Origin: the human T2T-CHM13v2.0 reference genome, Homo sapiens | Reading direction: 5' to 3' (one strand) | Length of the DNA: 64,000 nucleotides | Assembly: GCF_009914755.1 (NCBI RefSeq) | Contig: NC_060939.1 | Part shown: positions 12,001 to 27,400 of the stretch, piece after piece | Layout of the letters: the number at the start of each line of letters is the position of its first letter | How positions within the stretch are numbered: the stretch's first letter is position 1 | Translations under genes and position numbers: made by a program | The notes under the pieces: model-generated | Databases searched by the model: none | What the model saw: only the letters and a program-made list of their open reading frames with translations | Told to the model about the DNA's origin: nothing

Positions 12001-15000
12001 TTTCATTCCATTCGATTCCCTTCCATTGGACTCCTTTCCATTCGAGTGCATTCCATTCCGTTCCATTTCTTTCCGTTCTGTACGATTCCTACCGTTCGAT
12101 TTCATTTTGTTCCAGTCCATTCCTTTCGCGTCCATTCCATTCCATTTCACTCCATTCGATTCCATTCCATTCGATTCCATTCTACTCGATTCCACTTCGT
12201 TCCATTTCATTGCATTCCATTCTATTCAACTCTATTGCCTTCCATTCCATTCCATTCGATTACATTCCATGCGATTCCATTCGAAATCGAATCAATTACA
12301 TTGAAATTCATTACTATTTAGTCCGTTTTATTCCAGTCCACTGCATTCTGGTCCATTCCATTTGATTCCATTCCATTCTATTCCATTCCATACAGTTGCA
12401 TTCCATTGGATTCCATGCTATATCTATAAATTCAATTCGAGACCATTGCTTTTGAGTCCATTCTATATGATTCCATTCCATTCAAGTCCATTACATTTGG
12501 TTCAATTCCATTCCATTCCATTCCCTTCCATTCCATTCCATTTGATATCAATCCATTCAATTCCATTCCATTCGAGCACATTCCATTCGAGTCCATTCCA
12601 TTCGATGCCATTCCATTTGATTCTATTCCATTAGTCTCCATTCAATTCCATTAATCTCCATTCCATTCCATTCTACTCCAACTGATTCCATTCCATTCTA
12701 TTCCTTTCCATTCCATTTCATTCCATTCCATTCCATTTCATTCCATTCCATTCCATTCGTGTCCATTCCACTCCAGTCCATTCCATTCGTGTCCATTCCA
12801 TTCCAGTCCATTCCATTTGTGTCCACTGCATTCCATTCCACTCCATTCCATATTATTCCATTACACTCCATTCCATTCTATTACTTTAATTTCCATTCAA
12901 TTCCATTCCATTTGATTCCATTCCACTCGGTTTCATTCCATTTGAGTCCACTCCATTCCATTCCATTCCATTCCATTCAGTTCCATTCCATTCTGTTCCA
13001 TTCCATTCCATTCCATTCGGTACCATTCCATAGTGTTCCATTCGATTCCATTCGAATCCATTCCATTCCAGTCCTTTCCATTCGATTCCATTCCATTCAT
13101 TTCAATTCCATTCCATTCCATTCCATTCCATTCCACTTGATTCCTCTCCATTCCCTTCCACTGCATTCCGTTCGATTCCATTCCATTGCATTGCATTCCA
13201 TTCCATTGGATTGCATTCCATTCGATTCCATTCCATTCGAATCAATTACATAGCAATCCATTACATTCGAGTCTATTCTCTTCCGTTCCATTCGATTTCG
13301 TTCCAATCCATTCGATTCCATTCCATTCGATTCCATTCCATACTATTGCATTCCATTCGATTAAATTATATTCGAATAAGTTCCATTCAAGACCATTTCT
13401 TTTGAGTCCATTCTATTTGAGTCCATTCCCTTTGATTCCATAACATTTGAGTCCATTCAATTCCATTCCTTTCGTTTCCATTCCATTTGATGCCATTCCA
13501 TTCAATTCTGTTCTACTCGACTCCAATACATTCAATTCCATTCCATCCGATTCCATTACATTCTTTTCATTTCTTATCCATTTCAAGCCATTCCACTCCA
13601 TTCCATTCCACTCGTTTCCTTTCCATTCGAGTCCATTCCTCTCCAGTCCATTCCTTTCAATCCATTCCATTCCAGTCCATTCCATTCGAGTCCGTTCCAT
13701 TCCATTCGATGTCTTTCCATAACGATCCATTCCATTCTATTCCTTTCGATTCCATTCCATTCTATTTCATTCCATTCGATTCCCTTCCATTGGACTCCTT
13801 TCCATTCGAGTGCATTCCATTCCGTTCCATTTCTTTCCATTCTGTACGATTCCTACCGTTCGATTTCATTTTGTTCCAGTCCATTCCTTTCGCGTCCATT
13901 CCATTCCATTTCACTCCATTCGATTCCATTCCACTCGATTCCACTTTGTTCCATTTCATTGCATTCCATTCTATTCAACTCTATTGCCCTCCATTCCATT
14001 CCATTCGATTACATTCCATGAGATTCCATTCGAAATCGAATCAATTACATTGCAATCCATTACTATTGAGTCCGTTTTATTCCAGTCCACTGCATTCTGG
14101 TCCATTCCATTTGATTCCATTCCATTCTATTCCATTCCATACAGTTGCATTCCATTGGATTCCATTCTATATCTATAAATTCAATTCGAGACCATTGCTT
14201 TTGAGTCCATTCTATATGATTCCATTCCATTCAAGTACATTACATTTGGTTCAATTCCATTCCATTCCATTCCATTCCCTTCCATTCCATTCCAGTTGAT
14301 ATCAATCCATTCGATTCCATTCCATTCGAGCACATACCATTCGAGTCCATTCCATTCGATGCCATTCCATTTGATTCTATTCCATTAGTCTCCATTCAAT
14401 TCCATTAATCTCCATTCCATTCCATTCTACTCCAACTGATTCCATTCCATTCTATTCCTTTCCATTCCATTTCATTCCATTCTATTCCATTTCATTCCAT
14501 TCCATTCCATTCGTGTCCATTCCACTCCAGTCCATTCCATTCGTGTCCATTCCATTCCAGTCCATTCCATTTGTGTCCACTGCATTCCATTCCACTCCAT
14601 TCCATATTATTCCATTACACTCCATTCCATTCTATTACTTTCATTTCCATTCAATTCCATTCCATTTGATTCCATTCCACTCGGTTTCATTCCATTTGAG
14701 TCCACTCCATTCCATTCCATTCCATTCCATTCAGTTCCATTCCATTCTGTTCCATTCCATTCCGTTCCATTACATTCCATTCCATTCGGTACCATTCCAT
14801 ATTGTTCCATTCGATTCCATTCGAATCCATTCCATTCCAGTCCATTCCATTCGATTCCATTCCATTCATTTCAATTCCATTCCATTCCATTACATTCCAT
14901 TCCACTTGATTCCTCTCCATTCCCTTCCACTGCATTCCGTTCGATTCCATTCCATTGCATTGCATTCCATTCCATTGGATTGCATTCCATTCGATTCCAT

Positions 15001-18000
15001 TCCATTCGAATCAATTACATAGCAATCCATTACATTCCAGTCTATTCTATTCCGTTCCATTCGATTTCGTTCCAATCCATTCGATTCCATTCCATTCGAT
15101 TCCATTCCATACTATTGCATTCCATTCGATTACATTATATTCGAATAAGTTCCATTCAAGACCATTTCTTTTGAGTCCATTCTATTTGAGTCCATTCCCT
15201 TTGATTCCATAACATTTGAGTCCATTCAATTCCATTCCTTTCGTTTCCATTCCATTTGATGCCATTCCATTCAATTCTGTTCTACTCGACTCCAATACAT
15301 TCAATTCCATTCCATCCGATTCCATTACATTCTTTTCATTTCTTATCCATTTCAAGCCATTCCACTCCATTCCATTCCACTCGTTTCCTTTCCATTCGAG
15401 TCCATTCCTCTCCAGTCCATTCCGTTCAATCCATTCCATTCCAGTCCATTCCATTCGAGTCCGTTCCATTCCAGTCCATTCCATTCGAGTCAATTCCATC
15501 CCATTCGATGTCTTTCCATAACGATCCATTCCATTCTATTCCTTTCGATTCCATTCCATTCTATTTCATTCCATTCGATTCCCTTCCATTGGACTCCTTT
15601 CCATTCGAGTGCATTCCATTCCGTTCCATTTCTTTCCGTTCTGTACGATTCCTACCGTTCGATTTCATTTTGTTCCAGTCCATTCCTTTCGCGTCCATTC
15701 CATTCCATTTCACTCCATTCGATTCCATTCCACTCGATTCCACTTCGTTCCATTTCATTGCATTCCATTCTATTCAACTCTATTGCCTTCCATTCCATTC
15801 CATTCGATTACATTCCATGCGATTCCATTCGAAATCGAATCAATTACATTGCAATCCATTACTATTGAGTCCGTTTTATTCCAGTCCACTGCATTCTGGT
15901 CCATTCCATTTGATTCCATTCCATTCTATTCCATTCCATACAGTTGCATTCCATTGGATTCCATGCTATATCTATAAATTCAATTCGAGACCATTGCTTT
16001 TGAGTCCATTCTATATGATTCCATTCCATTCAAGTCCATTACATTTGGTTCAATTCCATTCCATTCCATTCCCTTCCATTCCATTCCATTTGATATCAAT
16101 CCATTCGATTCCATTCCATTCGAGCACATTCCATTCGAGTCCATTCCATTCGATGCCATTCCATTTGATTCTATTCCATTAGTCTCCATTCTATTCCATT
16201 AATCTCCATTCCATTCCATTCTACTCCAACTGATTCCATTTCATTCTATTCCTTTCCATTCCATTTCATTCCATTCCATTCCATTCGTGTCCATTCCACT
16301 CCAGTCCATTCCATTCGTGTCCATTCCATTCCAGTCCATTACATTTGTGTCCACTGCATTCCATTCCACTCCATTCCATATTATTCCATTACACTCCATT
16401 CCATTCTATTACTTTCATTTCCATTCAATTCCATTCCATTTGATTCCATTCCACTCGGTTTCATTCCATTTGAGTCCACTCCATTCCATTCCATTCCATT
16501 CCATTCAGTTCCATTCCATTCTGTTCCATTCCATTCCGTTCCATTACATTCCATTCCATTCGGTACCATTCCATATTGTTCCATTCGATTCCATTCGAAT
16601 CCATTCCATTCCAGTCCATTCCATTCGATTCCATTCCATTCATTTCAATTCCATTCCATTCCATTCCATTCCATTCCACTTGATTCCTCTCCATTCCCTT
16701 CCACTGCATTCCGTTCGATTCCATTCCATTGCATTGCATTCCATTCCATTGGATTGCATTCCATTCGATTCCATTCCATTCGAATCAATTACATAGCAAT
16801 CCATTACATTCGAGTCTATTCTATTCCGTTCCATTCGATTTCGTTCCAATCCATTCGATTCCATTCCATTCGATTCCATTCCATACTATTGCATTCCATT
16901 CGATTACATTATATTTGAATAAGTTCCATTCAAGACCATTTCTTTTGAGTCCATTCTATTTGAGTCCATTCCCTTTGATTCCATAACATTTGAGTCCATT
17001 CAATTCCATTCCTTTCGTTTCCATTCCATTTGATGCCATTCCATTCAATTCTGTTCTACTCGACTCCAATACATTCAATTCCATTCCATCCGATTCCATT
17101 ACATTCTTTTCATTTCTTATCCATTTCAAGCCATTCCACTCCATTCCATTCCACTCGTTTCCTTTCCATTCGAGTCCATTCCTCTCCAGTCCATTCCGTT
17201 CAATCCATTCCATTCCAGTCCATTCCATTCGAGTCCGTTCCATTCCAGTCCATTCCATTCGAGTCAATTCCATTCCATTCGATGTCTTTCCATAACGATC
17301 CATTCCATTCTATTCCTTTCGATTCCATTCCATTCTATTTCATTCCATTCGATTCCCTTCCATTGGACTCCTTTCCATTCGAGTGCATTCCATTCCTTTC
17401 CATTTCTTTCCGTTCTGTACGATTCCTACCGTTCGATTTCATTTTGTTCCAGTCCATTCCTTTCGCGTCCATTCCATTCCATTTCACTCCATTCGATTCC
17501 ATTCCACTCGATTCCACTTCGTTCCATTTCATTGCATTCCATTCTATTCAACTCTATTGCCTTCCATTCCATTCCATTCGATTACATTCCATGCGATTCC
17601 ATTCGAAATCGAATCAATTACATTGCAATCCATTACTATTGAGTCCGTTTTATTCCAGTCCACTGCATTCTGGTCCATTCCATTTGATTCCATTCCATTC
17701 TATTCCATTCCATACAGTTGCATTCCATTGGATTCCATGCTATATCTATAAATTCAATTCGAGACCATTGCTTTTGAGTCCATTCTATATGATTCCATTC
17801 CATTCAAGTCCATTACATTTGGTTCAATTCCATTCCATTCCATTCCCTTCCATTCCATTCCATTTGATATCAATCCATTCGATTCCATTCCATTCGAGCA
17901 CATTCCATTCGAGTCCATTCCATTCGATGCCATTCCATTTGATTCTATTCCATTAGTCTCCATTCAATTCCATTAATCTCCATTCCATTCCATTCTACTC

Positions 18001-21000
18001 CAACTGATTCCATTCCATTCTATTCCTTTCCATTCCATTTCATTCCATTCCATTCCATTTCATTCCATTCCATTCCATTCGTGTCCATTCCACTCCAGTC
18101 CATTCCATTCGTGTCCATTCCATTCCAGTCCATTCCATTTGTGTCCACTGCATTCCATTCCACTCCATTCCATATTATTCCATTACACTCCATTCCATTC
18201 TATTACTTTCATTTCCATTCAATTCCATTCCATTTGATTCCATTCCACTCGGTTTCATTCCATTTGAGTCCACTCCATTCCATTCCATTCCATTCCATTC
18301 AGTTCCATTCCATTCTGTTCCATTCCATTCCGTTCCATTACATTCCATTCCATTCGGTACCATTCCATATTGTTCCATTCGATTCCATTCGAATCCATTC
18401 CATTCCAGTCCATTCCATTCGATTCCATTCCATTCATTTCAATTCCATTCCATTCCATTCCATTACATTCCACTTGATTCCTCTCCATTCCCTTCCACTG
18501 CATTCCGTTCGATTCCATTCCATTGCATTGCATTCCATTCCATTGGATTGCATTCCATTCGATTCCATTCCATTCGAATCAATTACATAGCAATCCATTA
18601 CATTCGAGTCTATTCTCTTCCGTTCCATTCGATTTCGTTCCAATCCATTCGATTCCATTCCATTCGATTCCATTCCATACTATTGCATTCCATTCGATTA
18701 CATTATATTCGAATAAGTTCCATTCAAGACCATTTCTTTTGAGTCCATTCTATTTGAGTCCATTCCCTTTGATTCCATAACATTTGAGTCCATTCAATTC
18801 CATTCCTTTCGTTTCCATTCCATTTGATGCCATTCCATTCAATTCTGTTCTACTCGACTCCAATACATTCAATTCCATTCCATCCGATTCCATTACATTC
18901 TTTTCATTTCTTATCCATTTCAAGCCATTCCACTCCATTCCATTCCACTCGTTTCCTTTCCATTCGAGTCCATTCCTCTCCAGTCCATTCCGTTCAATCC
19001 ATTCCATTCCCGTCCATTCCATTCGAGTCCGTTCCATTCCAGTCCATTCCATTCGAGTCAATTCCATTCCATTCGATGTCTTTCCATAACGATCCATTCC
19101 ATTCTATTCCTTTCGATTCCATTCCATTCTATTTCATTCCATTCGATTCCCTTCCATTGGACTCCTTTCCATTCGAGTGCATTCCATTCCGTTCCATTTC
19201 TTTCCGTTCTGTACGATTCCTACCGTTCGATTTCATTTTGTTCCAGTCCATTCCTTTCGCGTCCATTCCATTCCATTTCACTCCATTCGATTCCATTCCA
19301 TTCGATTCCATTCTACTCGATTCCACTTCGTTCCATTTCATTGCATTCCATTCTATTCAACTCTATTGCCTTCCATTCCATTCCATTCGATTACATTCCA
19401 TGCGATTCCATTCGAAATCGAATCAATTACATTGAAATTCATTACTATTTAGTCCGTTTTATTCCAGTCCACTGCATTCTGGTCCATTCCATTTGATTCC
19501 ATTCCATTCTATTCCATTCCATACAGTTGCATTCCATTGGATTCCATGCTATATCTATAAATTCAATTCGAGACCATTGCTTTTGAGTCCATTCTATATG
19601 ATTCCATTCCATTCAAGTCCATTACATTTGGTTCAATTCCATTCCATTCCATTCCCTTCCATTCCATTCCATTTGATATCAATCCATTCAATTCCATTCC
19701 ATTCGAGCACATTCCATTCGAGTCCATTCCATTCGATGCCATTCCATTTGATTCTATTCCATTAGTCTCCATTCAATTCCATTAATCTCCATTCCATTCC
19801 ATTCTACTCCAACTGATTCCATTCCATTCTATTCCTTTCCATTCCATTTCATTCCATTCCATTCCATTTCATTCCAATCCATTCCATTCGTGTCCATTCC
19901 ACTCCAGTCCATTCCATTCGTGTCCATTCCATTCCAGTCCATTCCATTTGTGTCCACTGCATTCCATTCCACTCCATTCCATATTATTCCATTACACTCC
20001 ATTCCATTCTATTACTTTCATTTCCATTCAATTCCATTCCATTTGATTCCATTCCACTCGGTTTCATTCCATTTGAGTCCACTCCATTCCATTCCATTCC
20101 ATTCCATTCAGTTCCATTCCATTCTGTTCCATTCCATTCCGTTCCATTACATTCCATTCCATTCGGTACCATTCCATATTGTTCCTTTCGATTCCATTCG
20201 AATCCATTCCATTCCAGTCCATTCCATTCGATTCCATTCCATTCATTTCAATTCCATTCCATTCCATTCCATTACATTCCACTTGATTCCTCTCCATTCC
20301 CTTCCACTGCATTCCGTTCGATTCCATTCCATTGCATTGCATTCCATTCCATTGGATTGCATTCCATTCGATTCCATTCCATTCGAATCAATTACATAGC
20401 AATCCATTACATTCGAGTCTATTCTCTTCCGTTCCATTCGATTTCGTTCCAATCCATTCGATTCCATTCCATTCGATTCCATTCCATACTATTGCATTCC
20501 ATTCGATTACATTATATTCGAATAAGTTCCATTCAAGACCATTTCTTTTGAGTCCATTCTATTTGAGTCCATTCCCTTTGATTCCATAACATTTGAGTCC
20601 ATTCAATTCCATTCCTTTCGTTTCCATTCCATTTGATGCCATTCCATTCAATTCTGTTCTACTCGACTCCAATACATTCAATTCCATTCCATCCGATTCC
20701 ATTACATTCTTTTCATTTCTTATCCATTTCAAGCCATTCCACTCCATTCCATTCCACTCGTTTCCTTTCCATTCGAGTCCATTCCTCTCCAGTCCATTCC
20801 GTTCAATCCATTCCATTCCAGTCCATTCCATTCGAGTCCGTTCCATTCCAGTCCATTCCATTCGAGTCAATTCCATTCCATTCGATGTCTTTCCATAACG
20901 ATCCATTCCATTCTATTCCTTTCGATTCCATTCCATTCTATTTCATTCCATTCGATTCCCTTCCATTGGACTCCTTTCCATTCGAGTGCATTCCATTCCG

Positions 21001-21420
21001 TTCCATTTCTTTCCGTTCTGTACGATTCCTACCGTTCGATTTCATTTTGTTCCAGTCCATTCCTTTCGCGTCCATTCCATTCCATTTCACTCCATTCGAT
21101 TCCATTCCACTCGATTCCACTTCGTTCCATTTCATTGCATTCCATTCTATTCAACTCTATTGCCTTCCATTCCATTCCATTCCATTACATTCCATGCGAT
21201 TCCATTCGAAATCGAATCAATTACATTGCAAACCATTACTATTGAGTCCGTTTTATTCCAGTCCACTGCATTCTGGTCCATTCCATTTGATTCCATTCCA
21301 TTCTATTCCATTCCATACAGTTGCATTCCATTGGATTCCATGCTATATCTATAAATTCAATTCGAGACCATTGCTTTTGAGTCCATTCTATATGATTCCA
21401 TTCCATTCAAGTCCATTACA
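1..21420 (+). repeat. Subtype A domain (modal unit 1794 bp, units 1-12)
   Basis: Diagnostic states: second CGTGTCC, CCTTTCGCG, single TTTGGTTCAA, CCATTTGATATC (unit 8 is an exception at the last site). Units 1-6 are all exactly 1794 bp. Confidence 0.88.
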
Positions 21421-24400
21421 TTTGGTTCAATTCCATTCCATTCGGTTCAATTCCATTCCATTCCATTCCCTTCCATTCCATTCCAGTTGATATCAATCCA
21501 TTCGATTCCATTCCATTCGAGCACATTCCATTCGAGTCCATTCCATTCGATGCCATTCCATTTGATTCTATTCCATTAGTCTCCATTCAATTCCATTAAT
21601 CTCCATTCCATTCCATTCTACTCCAACTGATTCCATTCCATTCTATTCCTTTCCATTCCATTTCATTCCATTCCATTCCATTCCATTCCATTCCATTCCA
21701 TTCGTGACCATTCCACTCCAGTCCATTCCATTCGTATCCATTCCATTCCAGTCCATTCCATTTGTGTCCACTGCATTCCATTCCACTCCATTCCATATTA
21801 TTCCATTACACTCCATTCCATTCTATTACTTTCATTTCCATTCAATTCCATTCCATTTGATTCCATTCCACTCGGTTTCATTCCATTTGAGTCCACTCCA
21901 TTCCATTCCATTCCATTCAGTTCCATTCCATTCTGTTCCATTCCATTCCGTTCCATTACATTCCATTCCATTCGGTACCATTCCATATTGTTCCATTCGA
22001 TTCCATTCGAATCCATTCCATTCCAGTCCATTCCATTCGATTCCATTCCATTCATTTCAATTCCATTCCATTCCATTCCATTACATTCCACTTGATTCCT
22101 CTCCATTCCCTTCCACTGCATTCCGTTCGATTCCATTCCATTGCATTGCATTCCATTCCATTGGATTGCATTCCATTCGATTCCATTCCATTCGAATCAA
22201 TTACATAGCAATCCATTACATTCGAGTCTATTCTCTTCCGTTCCATTCGATTTCGTTCCAATCCATTCGATTCCATTCCATTCGATTCCATTCCATACTA
22301 TTGCATTCCATTCGATTACATTATATTCGAATACGTTCCATTCAAGACCATTTCTTTTGAGTCCATTCTATTTGAGTCCATTCCCTTTGATTCCATAACA
22401 TTTGAGTCCATTCAATTCCATTCCTTTCGTTTCCATTCCATTTGATGCCATTCCATTCAATTCTGTTCTACTCGACTCCAATACATTCAATTCCATTCCA
22501 TCCGATTCCATTACATTCTTTTCATTTCTTATCCATTTCAAGCCATTCCACTCCATTCCATTCCACTCGTTTCCTTTCCATTCGAGTCCATTCCTCTCCA
22601 GTCCATTCCGTTCAATCCATTCCATTCCGGTCCATTCCATTCGAGTCCGTTCCATTCCAGTCCATTCCATTCGAGTCAATTCCATTCCATTCGATGTCTT
22701 TCCATAACGATCCATTCCATTCTATTCCTTTCGATTCCATTCCATTCTATTTCATTCCATTCGATTCCCTTCCATTGGACTCCTTTCCATTCGAGTGCAT
22801 TCCATTCCGTTCCATTTCTTTCCGTTCTGTACGATTCCTACCGTTCGATTTCATTTTGTTCCAGTCCATTCTTTCGCGTCCATTCCATTCCATTTCACTC
22901 CATTCGATTCCATTCCACTCGATTCCACTTCGTTCCATTTCATTGCATTCCATTCTATTCAACTCTAATGCCTTCCATTCCATTCCATTCCATTACATTC
23001 CATGCGATTCCATTCGAAATCGAATCAATTACATTGCAATCCATTACTATTGAGTCCGTTTTATTCCAGTCCACTGCATTCTGGTCCATTCCATTTGATT
23101 CCATTCCATTCTATTCCATTCCATACAGTTGCATTCCATTGGATTCCATGCTATATCTATAAATTCAATTCGAGACCATTGCTTTTGAGTCCATTCTATA
23201 TGATTCCATTCCATTCAAGTCCATTACATTTGGTTAAATTCCATTCCATTCGGTTCAATTCCATTCCATTCCATTCCCTTCCATTCCATTCCAGTTGATA
23301 TCAATCCATTCGATTCCATTCCATTCGAGCACATTCCATTCGAGTCCATTCCATTCGATGCCATTCCATTTGATTCTATTCCATTAGTCTCCATTCAATT
23401 CCATTAATCTCCATTCCATTCCATTCTACTCCAACTGATTCCATTCCATTCTATTCCTTTTTATTCCATTTCATTCCATTCCATTCCATTCCATTCCATT
23501 CCATTCGTGTCCATTCCACTCCAGTCCATTCCATTCGTATCCATTCCATTCCAGTCCATTCTATTTGTGTCCACTGCATTCCATTCCACTCCATTCCATA
23601 TTATTCCATTACACTCCATTCCATTCTATTACTTTCATTTCCATTCAATTCCATTCCATTTGATTCCATTCCACTCGGTTTCATTCCATTTGAGTCCACT
23701 CCATTCCATTCCATTCCATTCAGTTCCATTCCATTCTGTTCCATTCCATTCCGTTCCATTACATTCCATTCCATTCGGTACCATTCCATATTGTTCCATT
23801 CGATTCCATTCGAATCCATTCCATTCCAGTCCATTCCATTCGATTCCATTCCATTCATTTCAATTCCATTCCATTCCATTCCATTACATTCCACTTGATT
23901 CCTCTCCATTCCCTTCCACTGCATTACGTTCGATTCCATTCCATTGCATTGCATTCCATTCCATTGGATTGCATTCCATTCGATTCCATTCCATTCGAAT
24001 CAATTACATAGCAATCCATTACATTCGAGTCTATTCTATTCCGTTCCATTCGATTTCGTTCCAATCCATTCGATTCCATTCCATTCGATTCCATTCCATA
24101 CTATTGCATTCCATTCGATTACATTATATTCGAATAACTTCCATTCAAGACCATTTCTTTTGAGTCCATTCTATTTGAGTCCATTCCCTTTGATTCCATA
24201 ACATTTGAGTCCATTCAATTCCATTCCTTTCGTTTCCATTCCATTTGATGCCATTCCATTCAATTCTGTTCTACTCGACTCCAATACATTCAATTCCATT
24301 CCATCCGATTCCATTACATTCTTTTCATTTCTTATCCATTTCAAGCCATTCCACTCCATTCCATTCCACTCGTTTCCTTTCCATTCGAGTCCATTCCTCT

Positions 24401-27400
24401 CCAGTCCATTCCGTTCAATCCATTCCATTCCAGTCCATTCCATTCGAGTCCGTTCCATTCCAGTCCATTCCATTCGAGTCAATTCCATCCCATTCGATGT
24501 CTTTCCATAACGATCCATTCCATTCTATTCCTTTCGATTCCATTCCATTCTATTTCATTCCATTCGATTCCCTTCCATTGGACTCCTTTCCATTCGAGTG
24601 CATTCCATTCCGTTCCATTTCTTTCCGTTCTGTACGATTCCTACCGTTCGATTTCATTTTGTTCCAGTCCATTCTTTCGCGTCCATTCCATTCCATTTCA
24701 CTCCATTCGATTCCATTCCACTCGATTCCACTTCGTTCCATTTCATTGCATTCCATTCTATTCAACTCTATTGCCTTCCATTCCATTCCATTCGATTACA
24801 TTCCATGCGATTCCATTCGAAATCGAATCAATTACATTGCAATCCATTACTATTGAGTCCGTTTTATTCCAGTCCACTGCATTCTGGTCCATTCCATTTG
24901 ATTCCATTCCATTCTATTCCATTCCATACAGTTGCATTCCATTGGATTCCATGCTATATCTATAAATTCAATTCGAGACCATTGCTTTTGAGTCCATTCT
25001 ATATGATTCCATTCCATTCAAGTCCATTACATTTGGTTAAATTCCATTCCATTCGGTTCAATTCCATTCCATTCCATTCCCTTCCATTCCATTCCAGTTG
25101 ATATCAATCCATTCGATTCCATTCCATTCGAGCACATTCCATTCGAGTCCATTCCATTCGATGCCATTCCATTTGATTCTATTCCATTAGTCTCCATTCA
25201 ATTCCATTAATCTCCATTCCATTCCATTCTACTCCAACTGATTCCATTCCATTCTATTCCTTTCCATTCCATTCCATTCCATTCCATTCCATTCCATTCC
25301 ATTCGTGTCCATTCCACTCCAGTCCATTCCATTCGTATCCATTCCATTCCAGTCCATTCCATTTGTGTCCACTGCATTCCATTCCACTCCATTCCATATT
25401 ATTCCATTACACTCCATTCCATTCTATTACTTTCATTTCCATTCAATTCCATTCCATTTGATTCCATTCCACTCGGTTTCATTCCATTTGAGTCCACTCC
25501 ATTCCATTCCATTCCATTCAGTTCCATTCCATTCTGTTCCATTCCATTCCGTTCCATTACATTCCATTCCATTCGGTACCATTCCATATTGTTCCATTCG
25601 ATTCCATTCGAATCCATTCCATTCCAGTCCATTCCATTCGATTCCATTCCATTCCTTTCAATTCCATTCCATTCCATTCCATTACATTCCACTTGATTCC
25701 TCTCCATTCCCTTCCACTGCATTCCGTTCGATTCCATTCCATTGCATTGCATTCCATTCCATTGGATTGCATTCCATTCGATTCCATTCCATTCGAATCA
25801 ATTACATAGCAATCCATTACATTCGAGTCTATTCTCTTCCGTTCCATTCGATTTCGTTCCAATCCATTCGATTCCATTCCATTCGATTCCATTCCATACT
25901 ATTGCATTCCATTCGATTACATTATATTCGAATAAGTTCCATTCAAGACCATTTCTTTTGAGTCCATTCTATTTGAGTCCATTCCCTTTGATTCCATAAC
26001 ATTTGAGTCCATTCAATTCCATTCCTTTCGTTTCCATTCCATTTGATGCCATTCCATTCAATTCTGTTCTACTCGACTCCAATACATTCAATTCCATTCC
26101 ATCCGATTCCATTACATTCTTTTCATTTCTTATCCATTTCAAGCCATTCCACTCCATTCCATTCCACTCGTTTCCTTTCCATTCGAGTCCATTCCTCTCC
26201 AGTCCATTCCGTTCAATCCATTCCATTCCAGTCCATTCCATTCGAGTCCGTTCCATTCCAGTCCATTCCATTCGAGTCAATTCCATTCCATTCGATGTCT
26301 TTCCATAACGATCCATTCCATTCTATTCCTTTCGATTCCATTCCATTCTATTTCATTCCATTCGATTCCCTTCCATTGGACTCCTTTCCATTCGAGTGCA
26401 TTCCATTCCGTTCCATTTCTTTCCGTTCTGTACGATTCCTACCGTTCGATTTCATTTTGTTCCAGTCCATTCCTTTCGCGTCCATTCCATTCCATTTCAC
26501 TCCATTCGATTCCATTCCACTCGATTCCACTTCGTTCCATTTCATTGCATTCCATTCTATTCAACTCTATTGCCTTCCATTCCATTCCATTCGATTACAT
26601 TCCATGCGATTCCATTCGAAATCGAATCAATTACATTGCAAACCATTACTATTGAGTCCGTTTTATTCCAGTCCACTGCATTCTGGTCCATTCCATTTGA
26701 TTCCATTCCATTCTATTCCATTCCATACAGTTGCATTCCATTGGATTCCATGCTATATCTATAAATTCAATTCGAGACCATTGCTTTTGAGTCCATTCTA
26801 TATGATTCCATTCCATTCAAGTCCATTACATTTGGTTCAATTCCATTCCATTCGGTTCAATTCCATTCCATTCCATTCCCTTCCATTCCATTCCAGTTGA
26901 TATCAATCCATTCGATTCCATTCCATTCGAGCACATTCCATTCGAGTCCATTCCATTCGATGCCATTCCATTTGATTCTATTCCATTAGTCTCCATTCAA
27001 TTCCATTAATCTCCATTCCATTCCATTCTACTCCAACTGATTCCATTCCATTCTATTCCTTTCCATTCCATTTCATTCCATTCCATTCCATTCCATTCCA
27101 TTCCATTCCATTCGTGACCATTCCACTCCAGTCCATTCCATTCGTATCCATTCCATTCCAGTCCATTCCATTTGTGTCCACTGCATTCCATTCCACTCCA
27201 TTCCATATTATTCCATTACACTCCATTCCATTCTATTACTTTCATTTCCATTCAATTCCATTCCATTTGATTCCATTCCACTCGGTTTCATTCCATTTGA
27301 GTCCACTCCATTCCATTCCATTCCATTCAGTTCCATTCCATTCTGTTCCATTCCATTCCGTTCCATTACATTCCATTCCATTCGGTACCATTCCATATTG

